DNA of 32,514 nucleotides from Candidatus Caldarchaeum sp. (GTDB lineage Archaea; Thermoproteota; Nitrososphaeria_A; Caldarchaeales; Caldarchaeaceae): NCBI GenBank assembly GCA_038831915.1, contig JAWBKB010000018.1, positions 1 to 32,514 of the forward strand, read 5' to 3'. Shown piece by piece: positions 1 to 8,584 of this stretch (position 1 is its first letter; each line of letters starts with the position of its first letter). The notes under the pieces were generated by a model. It saw only the letters and a program-made list of their open reading frames with translations, ran no database searches and was not told where the DNA came from. The position numbers and the translations under genes were made by a program.

Positions 1-171
1 GACGTCAACGTAGGCGTTGCAGACATCGCAGACGACAGCATCTTTAGGAATGACGGCTGCTCTATCCCCTGAACCAACGACGACAGGCTGATGCACCAAG
101 TACCATATCCAATGGTCTGTCGCTATCTTCACCAGGAAAAGCCTGTCTCCACTCATAGCACCACCACTCAT
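1..171 (-). CDS. Hypothetical protein with CxxC (partial, runs off left edge)
   Basis: Own translation MSGGAMSGDRLFLVKIATDHWIWYLVHQPVVVGSGDRAAVIPKDAVVCDVCNAYVDV...; strong SD GGAGGTGA just upstream of ATG at 171; absent from ORF track because truncated. Confidence 0.6.
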   Translation of the reverse strand, partial: MSGGAMSGDRLFLVKIATDHWIWYLVHQPVVVGSGDRAAVIPKDAVVCDVCNAYVDV

Positions 172-319
172 GCATCTCACCTCCCCAGCCCCCTTTCTTC
201 CGACACTCCGTCCCAGACATTTGAGGAAGCATGGCCTACTAACCATACCCCGCACCGCATCTCCAAAACGACACGGTTCTAGGGACATGGTGTTCAGCCA
301 CACAAACCTCAAACCCTTG

Positions 320-525
320 GAACAGAAGTCCGAGGGAGCGGGGCTGGAGAACCCCCCGGCCTCCGCATGGATTACCCGGCCAGGCCCTCATCCCTTCAGC
401 TCCTACACGCTCACACGTCTCGGAGCCTCATACAGGGCGTTAGACGCCGGAACCCATACCCCCGGACATGGAGCCGCACGGCCCCACATCCGGGGAAACA
501 ACCCGGGACATGGGACCATGCGGCT
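320..525 (-). ncRNA. Candidate structured RNA (long G-U-rich hairpin, K-turn-like hairpin with GNRA loop)
   Basis: Minus strand AGCCGCAUGGUCCCA/UGGGGCCGUGCGGCU stem (472-525); CCCU-GUAU-GAGGCUCC...GGAGCUGA-AGGG with ACGU-GUGA-GCGU cap (392-437); GGGGUU-CUCC-AGCCCC hairpin. Confidence 0.5.
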
Positions 526-545
526 TGAAAGAAAAGGGTTGGGGG

Positions 546-1418
546 TTAGGTGTTTTTGATGCTGTCTATAGTCATCTGGATTTCGTTTATGTATTGTTTT
601 CGTTCGTCGTCTTTGAGTCTTAATGCTTCCACGGTCGCTGAGAAGGTTTCCATCAGTATTCCAAGAAACTTGTCTCTCATGTATTGGTTGTCTTCCGGCG
701 AGGTGCTGGCGCCGTTGGCAATCATTTTCTTCGTGCCGTAGGCGTTTTTCAACAGATACACCCCTAGGTAGCTTGTTCTAAGGCATGCCGGCATCGATTG
801 GTACGCTTTGACGAGGTTTTGGAATAGGCCGTTCAGGTCTCCTTTACCCGCACACCGAGAGGCTTTCAGCATATGCCATACGTATCGTAGCAACCCGTGT
901 CCTTCATCGTCCTTGATAGATTTAACTATTTCAGGCCTTGACAGTTGCTCCAAGACCCAGCTCCTGAAGTCAACGTTCTTCCAGACGCGGAAGTTCTCCG
1001 GAGGCTGACCCTGTCTAAGAAGCTTCTGGAAACGCTTTCTACCTATTTTCGTGTAAGCGAAGGGAGTCAGCGACCTTCTAAGCACTCCAAGCCTGTCGGC
1101 GGCGAACGCATGACCAATCCTTGAAACGTAGACGACTGCTCTCCGTCCGAGTAAAACCGGTTTGTCGTACCTCAGCTTGTTGTGAGGCCTGTGGAAAACC
1201 ATCTTCGGCATGCCGCGGCAGTAAGCTAGAGCTAACGGCTCGTACTCAGGCTCTCTTGAAACAGGCAGGTCGTGGGACCAGTGAAACCAGAAGAACACCA
1301 CCGTGAAGTCGCCGAACTCAACAACCTCGTAGACGACCTCGATTAAGCTCTTAAGCTCGTTCCACGGAAACCTTGGAACATAGACCACAGGCAGAGTCCA
1401 TTTCTCCTTACGAGTCAT
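546..1418 (-). CDS. Hypothetical protein, N-terminal region weakly NPP1/Vps62-like, helical C-terminus
   Basis: 290-aa ORF with SD GGAGGT; motifs FWFHWSHD..EYEP and RAVVYVSRIGHAF. Confidence 0.7.
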   Translation of the reverse strand: MTRKEKWTLPVVYVPRFPWNELKSLIEVVYEVVEFGDFTVVFFWFHWSHDLPVSREPEYEPLALAYCRGMPKMVFHRPHNKLRYDKPVLLGRRAVVYVSRIGHAFAADRLGVLRRSLTPFAYTKIGRKRFQKLLRQGQPPENFRVWKNVDFRSWVLEQLSRPEIVKSIKDDEGHGLLRYVWHMLKASRCAGKGDLNGLFQNLVKAYQSMPACLRTSYLGVYLLKNAYGTKKMIANGASTSPEDNQYMRDKFLGILMETFSATVEALRLKDDERKQYINEIQMTIDSIKNT

Positions 1419-1423
1419 CTCTT

Positions 1424-1561
1424 AACCTCCGGAGCGGCCTCTGGGAGAGGCTCCCGGCTGGGAGACACGTCCCGCCGGGATACTTCTCCCGACGAGACGC
1501 GCTCCATGGAAAAAATGCCGGGAGCGCCACGGTTATGAGCCGTGGACGCCGCCCGGAGGTT
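1424..1561 (-). promoter_or_regulatory. Multi-branch structured leader sequestering the SD of ORF 546-1418
   Basis: Outer stem AACCUCCGGGCGGC/GCCGCUCCGGAGGUU, arms CCACGG-CUCAUAA-CCGUGG, GCUCCCGGC/GCCGGGAGC, GGGAGA/UCUCCC, CCUCU-CCC-AGAGG. Confidence 0.5.
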
Positions 1562-1650
1562 GGGGTGTTTGGCCGTGGTCTATGTATTACCCTTCCCCGA
1601 GCATGTGCTCTGTAGGGGGTTGGTGTCGGTGAGTTGAAGTTTATGAAGCA

Positions 1651-2232
1651 TTGGTCGCAGAGGTTGATGGGGAAGCGGAGGGAGTTGTTTTCACAGACGA
1701 GCTTTACAACTTCGTCAGAAGACTCGACGACTCGACACCAGTAAGTTACACGTTCAGGCTGTTGAAAAATGAATGCGAGGTCTCAATCCATGCCAAGGGA
1801 CAGGGTGTTGAAACCTTCTGGAGAGAATATCCCATGGTATCAAAACCCTTCAGCATCGAATACGATTGTTCAGCCGAGTGTTCAACAAACGTTAAAACAC
1901 TTAAACAGCTCTTCAGCCTCTTCAACGACACAGCAACCATTAAAATAGTTATTGACTGGGGCAGGCTAACGGTCTGGAGCAAACAGGATGGGGAGGAGAC
2001 CAAGCTATCGCTACCCGTAAAAGCCACAGGCTCGGACAAATACTTCTACACAGGCTATCTCGTCGCAAAAATAGTGAAACACCTGCCTAACACGGCTACG
2101 GCGAATATTCGTCTCCTCAAGCCTAAGTCAAGGTCGTCCGACCGCATATTGGGTATCACAGCATACTACAACAAACACGAACTTATGTTTCTCATAGCAC
2201 CCAGAATCCTTGAAGAAGACCAGAAGTGGTAG
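1651..2232 (+). CDS. Divergent, shortened PCNA (sliding clamp)-like protein
   Basis: C-terminal FLIAPRILEE matches archaeal PCNA (F/Y)L(L/I)APR; YTGYLVAKIVKHL resembles the YxxxYLxxxVK helix; 193 aa versus about 250 for PCNA. Confidence 0.55.
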   Translation: MVAEVDGEAEGVVFTDELYNFVRRLDDSTPVSYTFRLLKNECEVSIHAKGQGVETFWREYPMVSKPFSIEYDCSAECSTNVKTLKQLFSLFNDTATIKIVIDWGRLTVWSKQDGEETKLSLPVKATGSDKYFYTGYLVAKIVKHLPNTATANIRLLKPKSRSSDRILGITAYYNKHELMFLIAPRILEEDQKW

Positions 2233-2559
2233 GAGACGACCTTATCAAGTGCTTACGGGTCTCCAATGTTCATTCCCCTCGAATGGCTTATTCCATGTAT
2301 GAAGTGAGCAGGGAGAACACTACCTTGAGAAACACCTCTTTTTCCAAATGTTTGACGACCGCCGCACCTTCAAACCATAAACGCTTATATCTATCGCATG
2401 TTTTTTAAAATTTTCAGGATTTACGGCTTATAGAGGCTGAGTTTCAGGTTTTTCTGGCCAAAACCCGTGAAAATGCAAAATTTCCCGTCTCCAAGCCATG
2501 AAGAGGCGAAACTACATTCTCTAAAGCTTATATCATTTGGAGAGGTAGGGTTTACGCTG

Positions 2560-3057
2560 GTGGGTGGTTTGGCTCACCAGCCTACGTTAGATGTTTTCCT
2601 TCCCAAATATCACGCCGCCAACGTAGTCGCCAAGATTGTAGTCGAGAACAGAGGCAACATGAGGCTTAAACTATCTAAGACTGTGTGGCAGTCCTTAAAC
2701 ATACCTGATAAAGGAGACTACGTAGCCTATGTTAGAGGTGAGGTGTTTAAAGGCAGATACGATGTTACAGCAGGCTTTAGGCTTAGAATACCCAGCATGT
2801 TTAAAAACCTATTCCACTACGAGGCCAACGACGGAAAAGAAATCAGAATAGACCTATGGGTTGAGGATGGAACACCACGATTCACTTATAAAGACTATGA
2901 AGAGCCTCTATGTATTCCTTCAGGCAGTCAGCCAAAGTATGATAGGGGACAATCGTTTTGTAGCGTATGCCGTCAAACATTCGAGAACAGAGATAGATGC
3001 CCCCACTGCAACAGAGTACTAAGAAAGAAGAAATATAAATCAATAATTTGTGGTTAA
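2560..3057 (+). CDS. Tandem AbrB/SpoVT-like swapped-hairpin protein with C-terminal Zn ribbon
   Basis: RGNMRLKLSKTVWQSLNIPDKGDYV and AGFRLRIPSMFK repeats; CSVC...CPHC; TATA-like TTATAT at 2528-2533 favours GTG 2560 or TTG 2569 over ORF-track start 2467. Confidence 0.6.
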   Translation: MGGLAHQPTLDVFLPKYHAANVVAKIVVENRGNMRLKLSKTVWQSLNIPDKGDYVAYVRGEVFKGRYDVTAGFRLRIPSMFKNLFHYEANDGKEIRIDLWVEDGTPRFTYKDYEEPLCIPSGSQPKYDRGQSFCSVCRQTFENRDRCPHCNRVLRKKKYKSIICG

Positions 3058-3267
3058 TAATCGCTTTTATAACTCAAATCAGTTTCAACAATGTAGCCAT
3101 GTGTTCCGTGGTCTTTTATCCAAGACCATGCAATCTCTAACGCTTTCTCATATGATACTATTGACCTGCCACCATGAACAGCGTGGTAATCCGTAAACAT
3201 GAATTCGTAATTGCCGTTGCTTTCTTCACAAAAAACGTTTAAAGGCTCTTCCAGCTTTTAAATACCA

Positions 3268-3308
3268 TTACAAGGCAGAGGTCGGCGGTTCAAGTCCGCC
3301 CCGGCCCA
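3268..3308 (+). repeat. tRNA-Val(TAC) 3' half, probable attR direct repeat
   Basis: TTACAA GGCAG AGGTC GGCGG TTCAAGT CCGCC CCGGCCC A = anticodon loop, variable loop, T arm, acceptor 3' strand; no 5' half upstream. Confidence 0.85.
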
Positions 3309-3345
3309 TCTCGCTATATTTATTACGGGGCGGCTGAACCTTCGA

Positions 3346-3951
3346 GTGGACGACATGACCGTTGAGCAATTTGTCGATTTGTTGTTCGGTTCTTCCTACT
3401 GGTTTATCGTCGCCGGCTTTATCATCGTCGCTTTCTACGCAGTTAACAGCAGGCGACGCACAACTCGTTCAGCTGTTCTTCCATTAGTTGTTGTCGCGGT
3501 CGTCGCGGTCGTCGCAGTGTTGTTTGTGACGAATGTTCCGGGCCCATCCACGGTTACGACAGTCGCCACAACACCGACAGCCGTGACAACGCCGCAGCAG
3601 ACAGCCACTCCAACGCGGAACATCGTCTTCCTGACGCTGTATCTCAACGACTATGGCTATAACGCGTCGCGTGGAGGCCCGACAATCCGAGCGTATGTAG
3701 GTGACTTGGTGAGGATTAACTTGGTTGGAAATAGTTCGGGCCCTATCGTGCATGACTTTGTTATCGATGAGAAAAGTCCGTCGCCTTACAACGTTCGCTC
3801 CAACAGGCTGAGCCGCGGCCAAACACAGACCATCGAATTCATAGCCAACTTTCCCGGCACCTTCAAGTACTATTGCAGCGTCGCTCCACCGGCGGGCCCC
3901 AGCCACCGTGACAGAGGACAGGAAGGAATAATCGAAATTTTGACGAGATGA
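3346..3951 (+). CDS. Membrane-anchored cupredoxin (blue copper) domain protein
   Basis: Two N-terminal TM helices, Thr/Pro linker, HDF...GTFKYYC-x9-H-x4-Q type 1 Cu site. Confidence 0.85.
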   Translation: MDDMTVEQFVDLLFGSSYWFIVAGFIIVAFYAVNSRRRTTRSAVLPLVVVAVVAVVAVLFVTNVPGPSTVTTVATTPTAVTTPQQTATPTRNIVFLTLYLNDYGYNASRGGPTIRAYVGDLVRINLVGNSSGPIVHDFVIDEKSPSPYNVRSNRLSRGQTQTIEFIANFPGTFKYYCSVAPPAGPSHRDRGQEGIIEILTR

Positions 3952-4334
3952 CCGGCACCGTTTTCATCGTCGGACCTGTGTTACTGTCGATGTTTTTTGG
4001 CGGTGTTCTTCTTCTCACCGACGCGGAGCTTTGGACAGTCGCGCCTTCACATGCCTATGTTTTGATTGTTTTCACGGTTTTAGACGGTGTTTTTGCGGCA
4101 GTTGTATGGAAGGGTTGGAGCAAAGCCGCGGACGTGGGAATAGTGTGGGGAGCTGGAAAGTTCGCGTTGTTTCTCGGCGATATTTTGACCGCGCCGGAAT
4201 TCGGCCTGACCTACGCGGAATTCGCTTCCTATTTGTTCAGCTTATGGGGCTACAACGGCCTTCTCGCTTCACAGGCTCTAATCGCGTTCGGCTCATATTA
4301 CGCGAAGAAGCGTCAAGCGACCACGAGGTCGTAA
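3948..4334 (+). CDS. Small 4-TM membrane protein
   Basis: Hydrophobic 128-aa ORF, ATGA overlap with cupredoxin gene. Confidence 0.7.
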   Translation: MTGTVFIVGPVLLSMFFGGVLLLTDAELWTVAPSHAYVLIVFTVLDGVFAAVVWKGWSKAADVGIVWGAGKFALFLGDILTAPEFGLTYAEFASYLFSLWGYNGLLASQALIAFGSYYAKKRQATTRS

Positions 4335-5281
4335 ACCTTCAAAACCATTTTCGGAGAAATCTCTTTCACGACACGTTCAAACACAGGCTTCAAATTCCCA
4401 GCGACTTCACTGATTTTCTGTAGGGTTTCTTCGCGGCCGTTCCTGTTTTCCGCGACGTAGAGATGGATGACCGCGCCGGGCCCTGCTTTGGACAACGCCG
4501 TGCCGAGATAGTCGATTGACCTGTGTGGAAGGTTCATGACTACGCGGTTGAAAGACTGTTCAAAAGCGGGCACAACCACGGCTGCGTCTCCGTACACAGG
4601 TTTGACGCGGTCGGTTACCTTGTTGAGGGCGATGTTTTCGACGAGGTATCTGTATGCTTCAGGGTTTTTCTCGACGGCGTACACGGTGGCGGATGGTTGT
4701 TTGCGGGCGATGATTATGGAGAAGGGCCCGACGCCGGCGAACATGTCCAGCACCACTTCGTTTTCACGGACTTGGGAAGCAACTCTCAGCCTTTCCGTCG
4801 AAAGCCTCGGGCTGAAAAACACTTTGGCGACGTCGAGCTTGAAAACACATCCCGACTCCCTAAGAGTTGTCTCCGTGATAGACGGCCCGTAAACAACTCT
4901 GTACGAAGCGGTTCTCTCCTCTCCTGAAACTTCGCCGATTTTCTGCAAAACCGTTTTCACACGTCTGTGATGTGAAGCGATTTGCCGAGCGAGTGTTTCG
5001 GCTTTTTCAACAGGCAAATCCATGTCGTTGATGATCGCCAGCTCGCCCACGATGTCGAATGAACCGCTCAAACCATGTTCTGGGGCTTTCTCGGACGTTG
5101 GAAGAGTTTTTTCAACGAATTCGAATTCAGAGTCAAAAATCTTCAGCACAGGTATGTAGACGTATTTTTCGTCTCGGATGATTTTGCGGCTGGAATCCAG
5201 TAGACCTCGGTTAATCAGTTCTCGACGTGTTTGCTCGGCTTTGTTTTTCGGAACTTTGAGCACAGGCTGTGAATTCTGCAT
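4313..5281 (-). CDS. trm5: tRNA (guanine37-N1)-methyltransferase Trm5
   Basis: FDIVGELAII, FFSPRL, DMFAGVGPF, NLP motifs; start adjusted to ATG 5281. Confidence 0.9.
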   Translation of the reverse strand: MQNSQPVLKVPKNKAEQTRRELINRGLLDSSRKIIRDEKYVYIPVLKIFDSEFEFVEKTLPTSEKAPEHGLSGSFDIVGELAIINDMDLPVEKAETLARQIASHHRRVKTVLQKIGEVSGEERTASYRVVYGPSITETTLRESGCVFKLDVAKVFFSPRLSTERLRVASQVRENEVVLDMFAGVGPFSIIIARKQPSATVYAVEKNPEAYRYLVENIALNKVTDRVKPVYGDAAVVVPAFEQSFNRVVMNLPHRSIDYLGTALSKAGPGAVIHLYVAENRNGREETLQKISEVAGNLKPVFERVVKEISPKMVLKVYDLVVA

Positions 5282-5396
5282 CGGTGATGTTTCCGAGTGT
5301 TTGAAATCGTCGGTTGTTAAAATGTTTGTGACGCGTTTGTTGACACGCCGGTGGGAAAACAAAAAATAGCGGTTGCGGTGGTTGTTTTTGGATTTC

Positions 5397-7457
5397 ATGG
5401 CTCGTGGCGCTAAGGACCCTGTATGCGGGATGTATGTTGAGGAATCTCCTGATGCGTTGTCAGCTGAAGTGCGGGGCCGACGCTACTATTTCTGTTCTGA
5501 AGCGTGTCTTCATGCGTTTGTCGCTCCGGAAGAGGAGTTTCGAAAACTGAAGCGGTTGACCGTGATGAGTTTCGCGCTCGGCCTTCCCATCATGCTGTTC
5601 ATGATGTTTCCCATCATTCCACACACCATTCCACATGACATCATCTCCTTCGCTTTGGCGACACCTGTCCAGTTCATCGCAGGCTCCCAATTTTACCGCG
5701 GCATGATGCACGCGTTAAAGGCTCGCGCCGCCAACATGGACACGTTAATCGCCGTCGGAACATCAGCGGCATGGGGATACAGCACCATCGTCACATTCTT
5801 CCCTCAATACTTTCCACCCGGCACATACTTCGAAGTCTCCGCCCTCATCATCGCCTTCATCTTGCTTGGAAAAGTTCTTGAACACCGGGTCAGGCTTAGA
5901 GCATCCGACGCAGTCCGCAAACTTCTCGAACAAAAACCAACAACAGCCCGCGTCATTCGAAACGGCGAGGAAGTCGAAATTCCAGTCGAATTGGTTGAAG
6001 TCGGTGATTTGATGGTTGTGAGGCCCGGTGAAAAAATCCCCACCGACGGAATAATAGAGGAAGGAACCGCGGCAATTGACGAAAAAATGATAACCGGTGA
6101 AAGCGTTCCAGTCGATAAATCGGTCGGAGACCCAGTGGTCGGTGGAACAATAAACGTCAACGGGTTCATCAAGGTGAGAGCAACAAAGGTCGGCGCGGAC
6201 ACCGTTCTCGCTCAGATTATTGATTTGGTTGAGCAGGCTCAAGCCGGTAGAGCGCCTGTCGAAAAGATAGCGGATAGGGTTGCGTCGGTTTTCGTGCCGT
6301 TGGTTGTATTGGTGGCTTTCGCCGCGCTCGTTGGGTGGACCGTTGTTGAAGGCTCTGTTTTCCCCCGTGGATTCGTCGCGTTCATCGCCGTGCTGATCAT
6401 CGCGTGTCCATGTGCGCTGGGCCTCGCCACTCCCGCGGCCCTCGTCGTCGGCGTTGGAAGAGGCGCTGAAAACGGCGTCCTGATAAAAGGTGGAGAACCC
6501 ATGCAAAAAGCCAGCAAAGTCGACACAGTTGTTTTCGACAAAACAGGCACTTTGACCGTTGGAAAACCACATGTGACAGACGTGGTGGTTCTAAACGGGT
6601 TTAATAAAGAAACCGTGGTAAGGCTCGCCGCGTCGGCTGAAAAAGGCTCACAACACCCCATCGCCGAAGCAATCATCAACTACGCAGAAAACAAACACAT
6701 CCAAACAAGCGAAGTAACCAAGTTTACCTACTTCGCGGGAGCAGGCGTAGAAGCACAAGTTGACGACCATCATATTCTTCTGGGGACGCCCGCCATGGTC
6801 GAGGCCCGTGGCGATGATTTGTCAAATGCCCGTGTTTTTCTGGAAAAGTTTCAGAATGAGGGGAAAACCGTCATGGTGATGACTGTCGACGACGTTGTAG
6901 CGGCTGTGATAGCTGTGTCTGACCCGGTCAAGCCGTCGGCCAGAGAAGCCGTGCAGAAGCTCAAACAGATGGGGGTGAGGGTTGTGATGCTGACAGGTGA
7001 TAACCTGCGGACAGCGAAAGCAGTCGCATCGAAAATCGGCATCGACGAAGTCTACGCCGAAGTGTTGCCGGACCAGAAAGCCGCGGCCGTGACAGATGAA
7101 AGAAGCAAGGGACGTGTTGTTGCGATGGTTGGGGATGGTGTGAATGACGCGCCTGCCCTGGCGGCGGCCGACGTCGGAATCGCAGTCAGCTCGGGAACCG
7201 ACATAGCGGTGGAGTCCGCCGACATCGTGCTGCTCAGCGAAGACCTCCGAAAAATTCCAACAGCACTATCTCTCGCACGCAAAACCATGCAGAAAATAAA
7301 GCAAAACCTTTTCTGGGCCTTCATCTACAACACCGTGCTCATACCTGTCGCGGCCACGGGATTCCTCAACCCCATCCTCGCAGCCATAGCCATGGCCCTC
7401 AGCTCCGTAAGCGTCGTAACCAATTCTCTAACCCTGAAGACGACGAAGCTGGTGTAG
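5397..7457 (+). CDS. copA: Cu(I)-translocating P1B-type ATPase with N-terminal YHS/TRASH domain
   Basis: DPVCGM..YYFCS, TGES, CPC, DKTGT, HP, GDGVND, YN and MALSS motifs. Confidence 0.93.
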   Translation: MARGAKDPVCGMYVEESPDALSAEVRGRRYYFCSEACLHAFVAPEEEFRKLKRLTVMSFALGLPIMLFMMFPIIPHTIPHDIISFALATPVQFIAGSQFYRGMMHALKARAANMDTLIAVGTSAAWGYSTIVTFFPQYFPPGTYFEVSALIIAFILLGKVLEHRVRLRASDAVRKLLEQKPTTARVIRNGEEVEIPVELVEVGDLMVVRPGEKIPTDGIIEEGTAAIDEKMITGESVPVDKSVGDPVVGGTINVNGFIKVRATKVGADTVLAQIIDLVEQAQAGRAPVEKIADRVASVFVPLVVLVAFAALVGWTVVEGSVFPRGFVAFIAVLIIACPCALGLATPAALVVGVGRGAENGVLIKGGEPMQKASKVDTVVFDKTGTLTVGKPHVTDVVVLNGFNKETVVRLAASAEKGSQHPIAEAIINYAENKHIQTSEVTKFTYFAGAGVEAQVDDHHILLGTPAMVEARGDDLSNARVFLEKFQNEGKTVMVMTVDDVVAAVIAVSDPVKPSAREAVQKLKQMGVRVVMLTGDNLRTAKAVASKIGIDEVYAEVLPDQKAAAVTDERSKGRVVAMVGDGVNDAPALAAADVGIAVSSGTDIAVESADIVLLSEDLRKIPTALSLARKTMQKIKQNLFWAFIYNTVLIPVAATGFLNPILAAIAMALSSVSVVTNSLTLKTTKLV

Positions 7458-7467
7458 AAAAAAAGTG

Positions 7468-8499
7468 TTAGGGCCGTCGAGCGTCTGCCGGCGGTAGGAA
7501 ACTGTCGGTGAACAAATCGCTAACAGAGATTTTTCGTGGAAGCTGCATGCCTTCTGTAACGATGTCGATGTGTTTTGCAAGCCTCTGCGGAGAAGCATAG
7601 CAAGGCCCGTTCTGCCTAACCTCTGGAGTTAACACGAGTTTTTCGATGGCGAGTAGAAGTCTTTCTTTTTCGATGGTGGCGTTAACCGTTGGGTCTTTCA
7701 TTCGCAGAAAGTTTATGGTTTGGTCAGGGTTTTTGATCGATTCTTGCCAGCCATAGATAACTCCTTCCACGATGACACGCACGGTGACCGGGTCTTTCTC
7801 GACAACATCTTTCCGCGTAACCAGCGCCAAACCATAAATGTCTAATCCGTATTCAGGGTAATGGAAGACAACTATATCCTCCTGCCGTATGCCGAGCTGC
7901 TTGAGTGTTAAAATGGCGTCGATGAAAGGTGCTGTCGCGTCGACTTCCCCTCTGACCAGCAGAGTTTCTCTCAAAGCCGGTGAAACCGAAACCCATTCAA
8001 CGGATTGCGGGTTTATTCCTACGTTGCGTGCGAAAAGTGGGAAAAGACGCCTCGCTGCCGCTCCTTCGGGAGCAGCTATTTTCTTACCCTGCAAATCCTT
8101 CGGCGTCGCAATTCCCGTTTTCTTCAAAGTCATGATGCTGAGAGGCGAATAGTTGTACACCACGCAAAGAGCCAGAAGCTCGTTGCCAGGATTCTTACTG
8201 TTGAATTCAGTCAACACAGCCAAGTCAACGATGCCGAAATCATAGGCTCCTGACGCGATTTTCGAAGCGGCATCAGCCGAGCCATATCCTCTGTCGACGA
8301 TGACCGCGTAGCCTCTGCTGGAGTAAAACCCTTTTTCGACCGGGACGAGGTACGGTGCGTAGACTCCCTGCCATGTCCAGTCCGTCGTGAATTTAACTTG
8401 CTTGACCTGCGCTGGTGTGAGTAAGACTGTTGGGATGAAAAGCCCGATGACAAACCCGACGGCGAGGAAAACAACCGCGACCAATAAACTGCTTTTCAC
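7468..8499 (-). CDS. ABC transporter substrate-binding protein, NMT1/THI5-like
   Basis: N-terminal TM anchor, DW motif, KGFY, DLQGKKIA, YG pattern. Confidence 0.85.
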   Translation of the reverse strand: MKSSLLVAVVFLAVGFVIGLFIPTVLLTPAQVKQVKFTTDWTWQGVYAPYLVPVEKGFYSSRGYAVIVDRGYGSADAASKIASGAYDFGIVDLAVLTEFNSKNPGNELLALCVVYNYSPLSIMTLKKTGIATPKDLQGKKIAAPEGAAARRLFPLFARNVGINPQSVEWVSVSPALRETLLVRGEVDATAPFIDAILTLKQLGIRQEDIVVFHYPEYGLDIYGLALVTRKDVVEKDPVTVRVIVEGVIYGWQESIKNPDQTINFLRMKDPTVNATIEKERLLLAIEKLVLTPEVRQNGPCYASPQRLAKHIDIVTEGMQLPRKISVSDLFTDSFLPPADARRP

Positions 8500-8584
8500 A
8501 AAGTCTACGCGAAGGGCCCGTATTTAACTGGTAGCAAAACTTCGGCTGGAAAAGGTAAAAAGCAGATATTGATGGGTTTTCGGC

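Larger units (their letters stand above)
1..3308. mobile_element. Right end of an integrated element (provirus/integrative plasmid) inserted at tRNA-Val
   Basis: Orphan ORFs, PCNA-like and AbrB-like genes, ends exactly at an isolated tRNA 3' half; housekeeping-type genes start immediately after. No integrase inside window. Confidence 0.7.

Noticed and set aside
281-515. Three GGACATGG copies as CRISPR repeats or iterons
   Set aside because: Only 8 nt, irregular spacing, partly explained by hairpin arms; no cas genes
91-559. Plus-strand ORFs 91-282 and 170-559
   Set aside because: Antisense to an SD-supported minus ORF and to GC-rich hairpins; Pro/Arg/His-rich composition typical of spurious frames
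320-1561. Identity of the structured segments as RNase P, SRP, hammerhead or true tRNA
   Set aside because: No GAGGAAAGUCC, SRP helix 8 GGAA/AGCA, CUGANGA/GAAA core, or D/T arms found by eye
3268-3308. Complete or split tRNA gene
   Set aside because: No 5' half nearby, no GC-rich complementary leader, and break point in the anticodon loop fits an att site better
3485-3520. GTCGCGGTC tandem repeat
   Set aside because: Just encodes the VAVVAVVAV transmembrane helix of the cupredoxin
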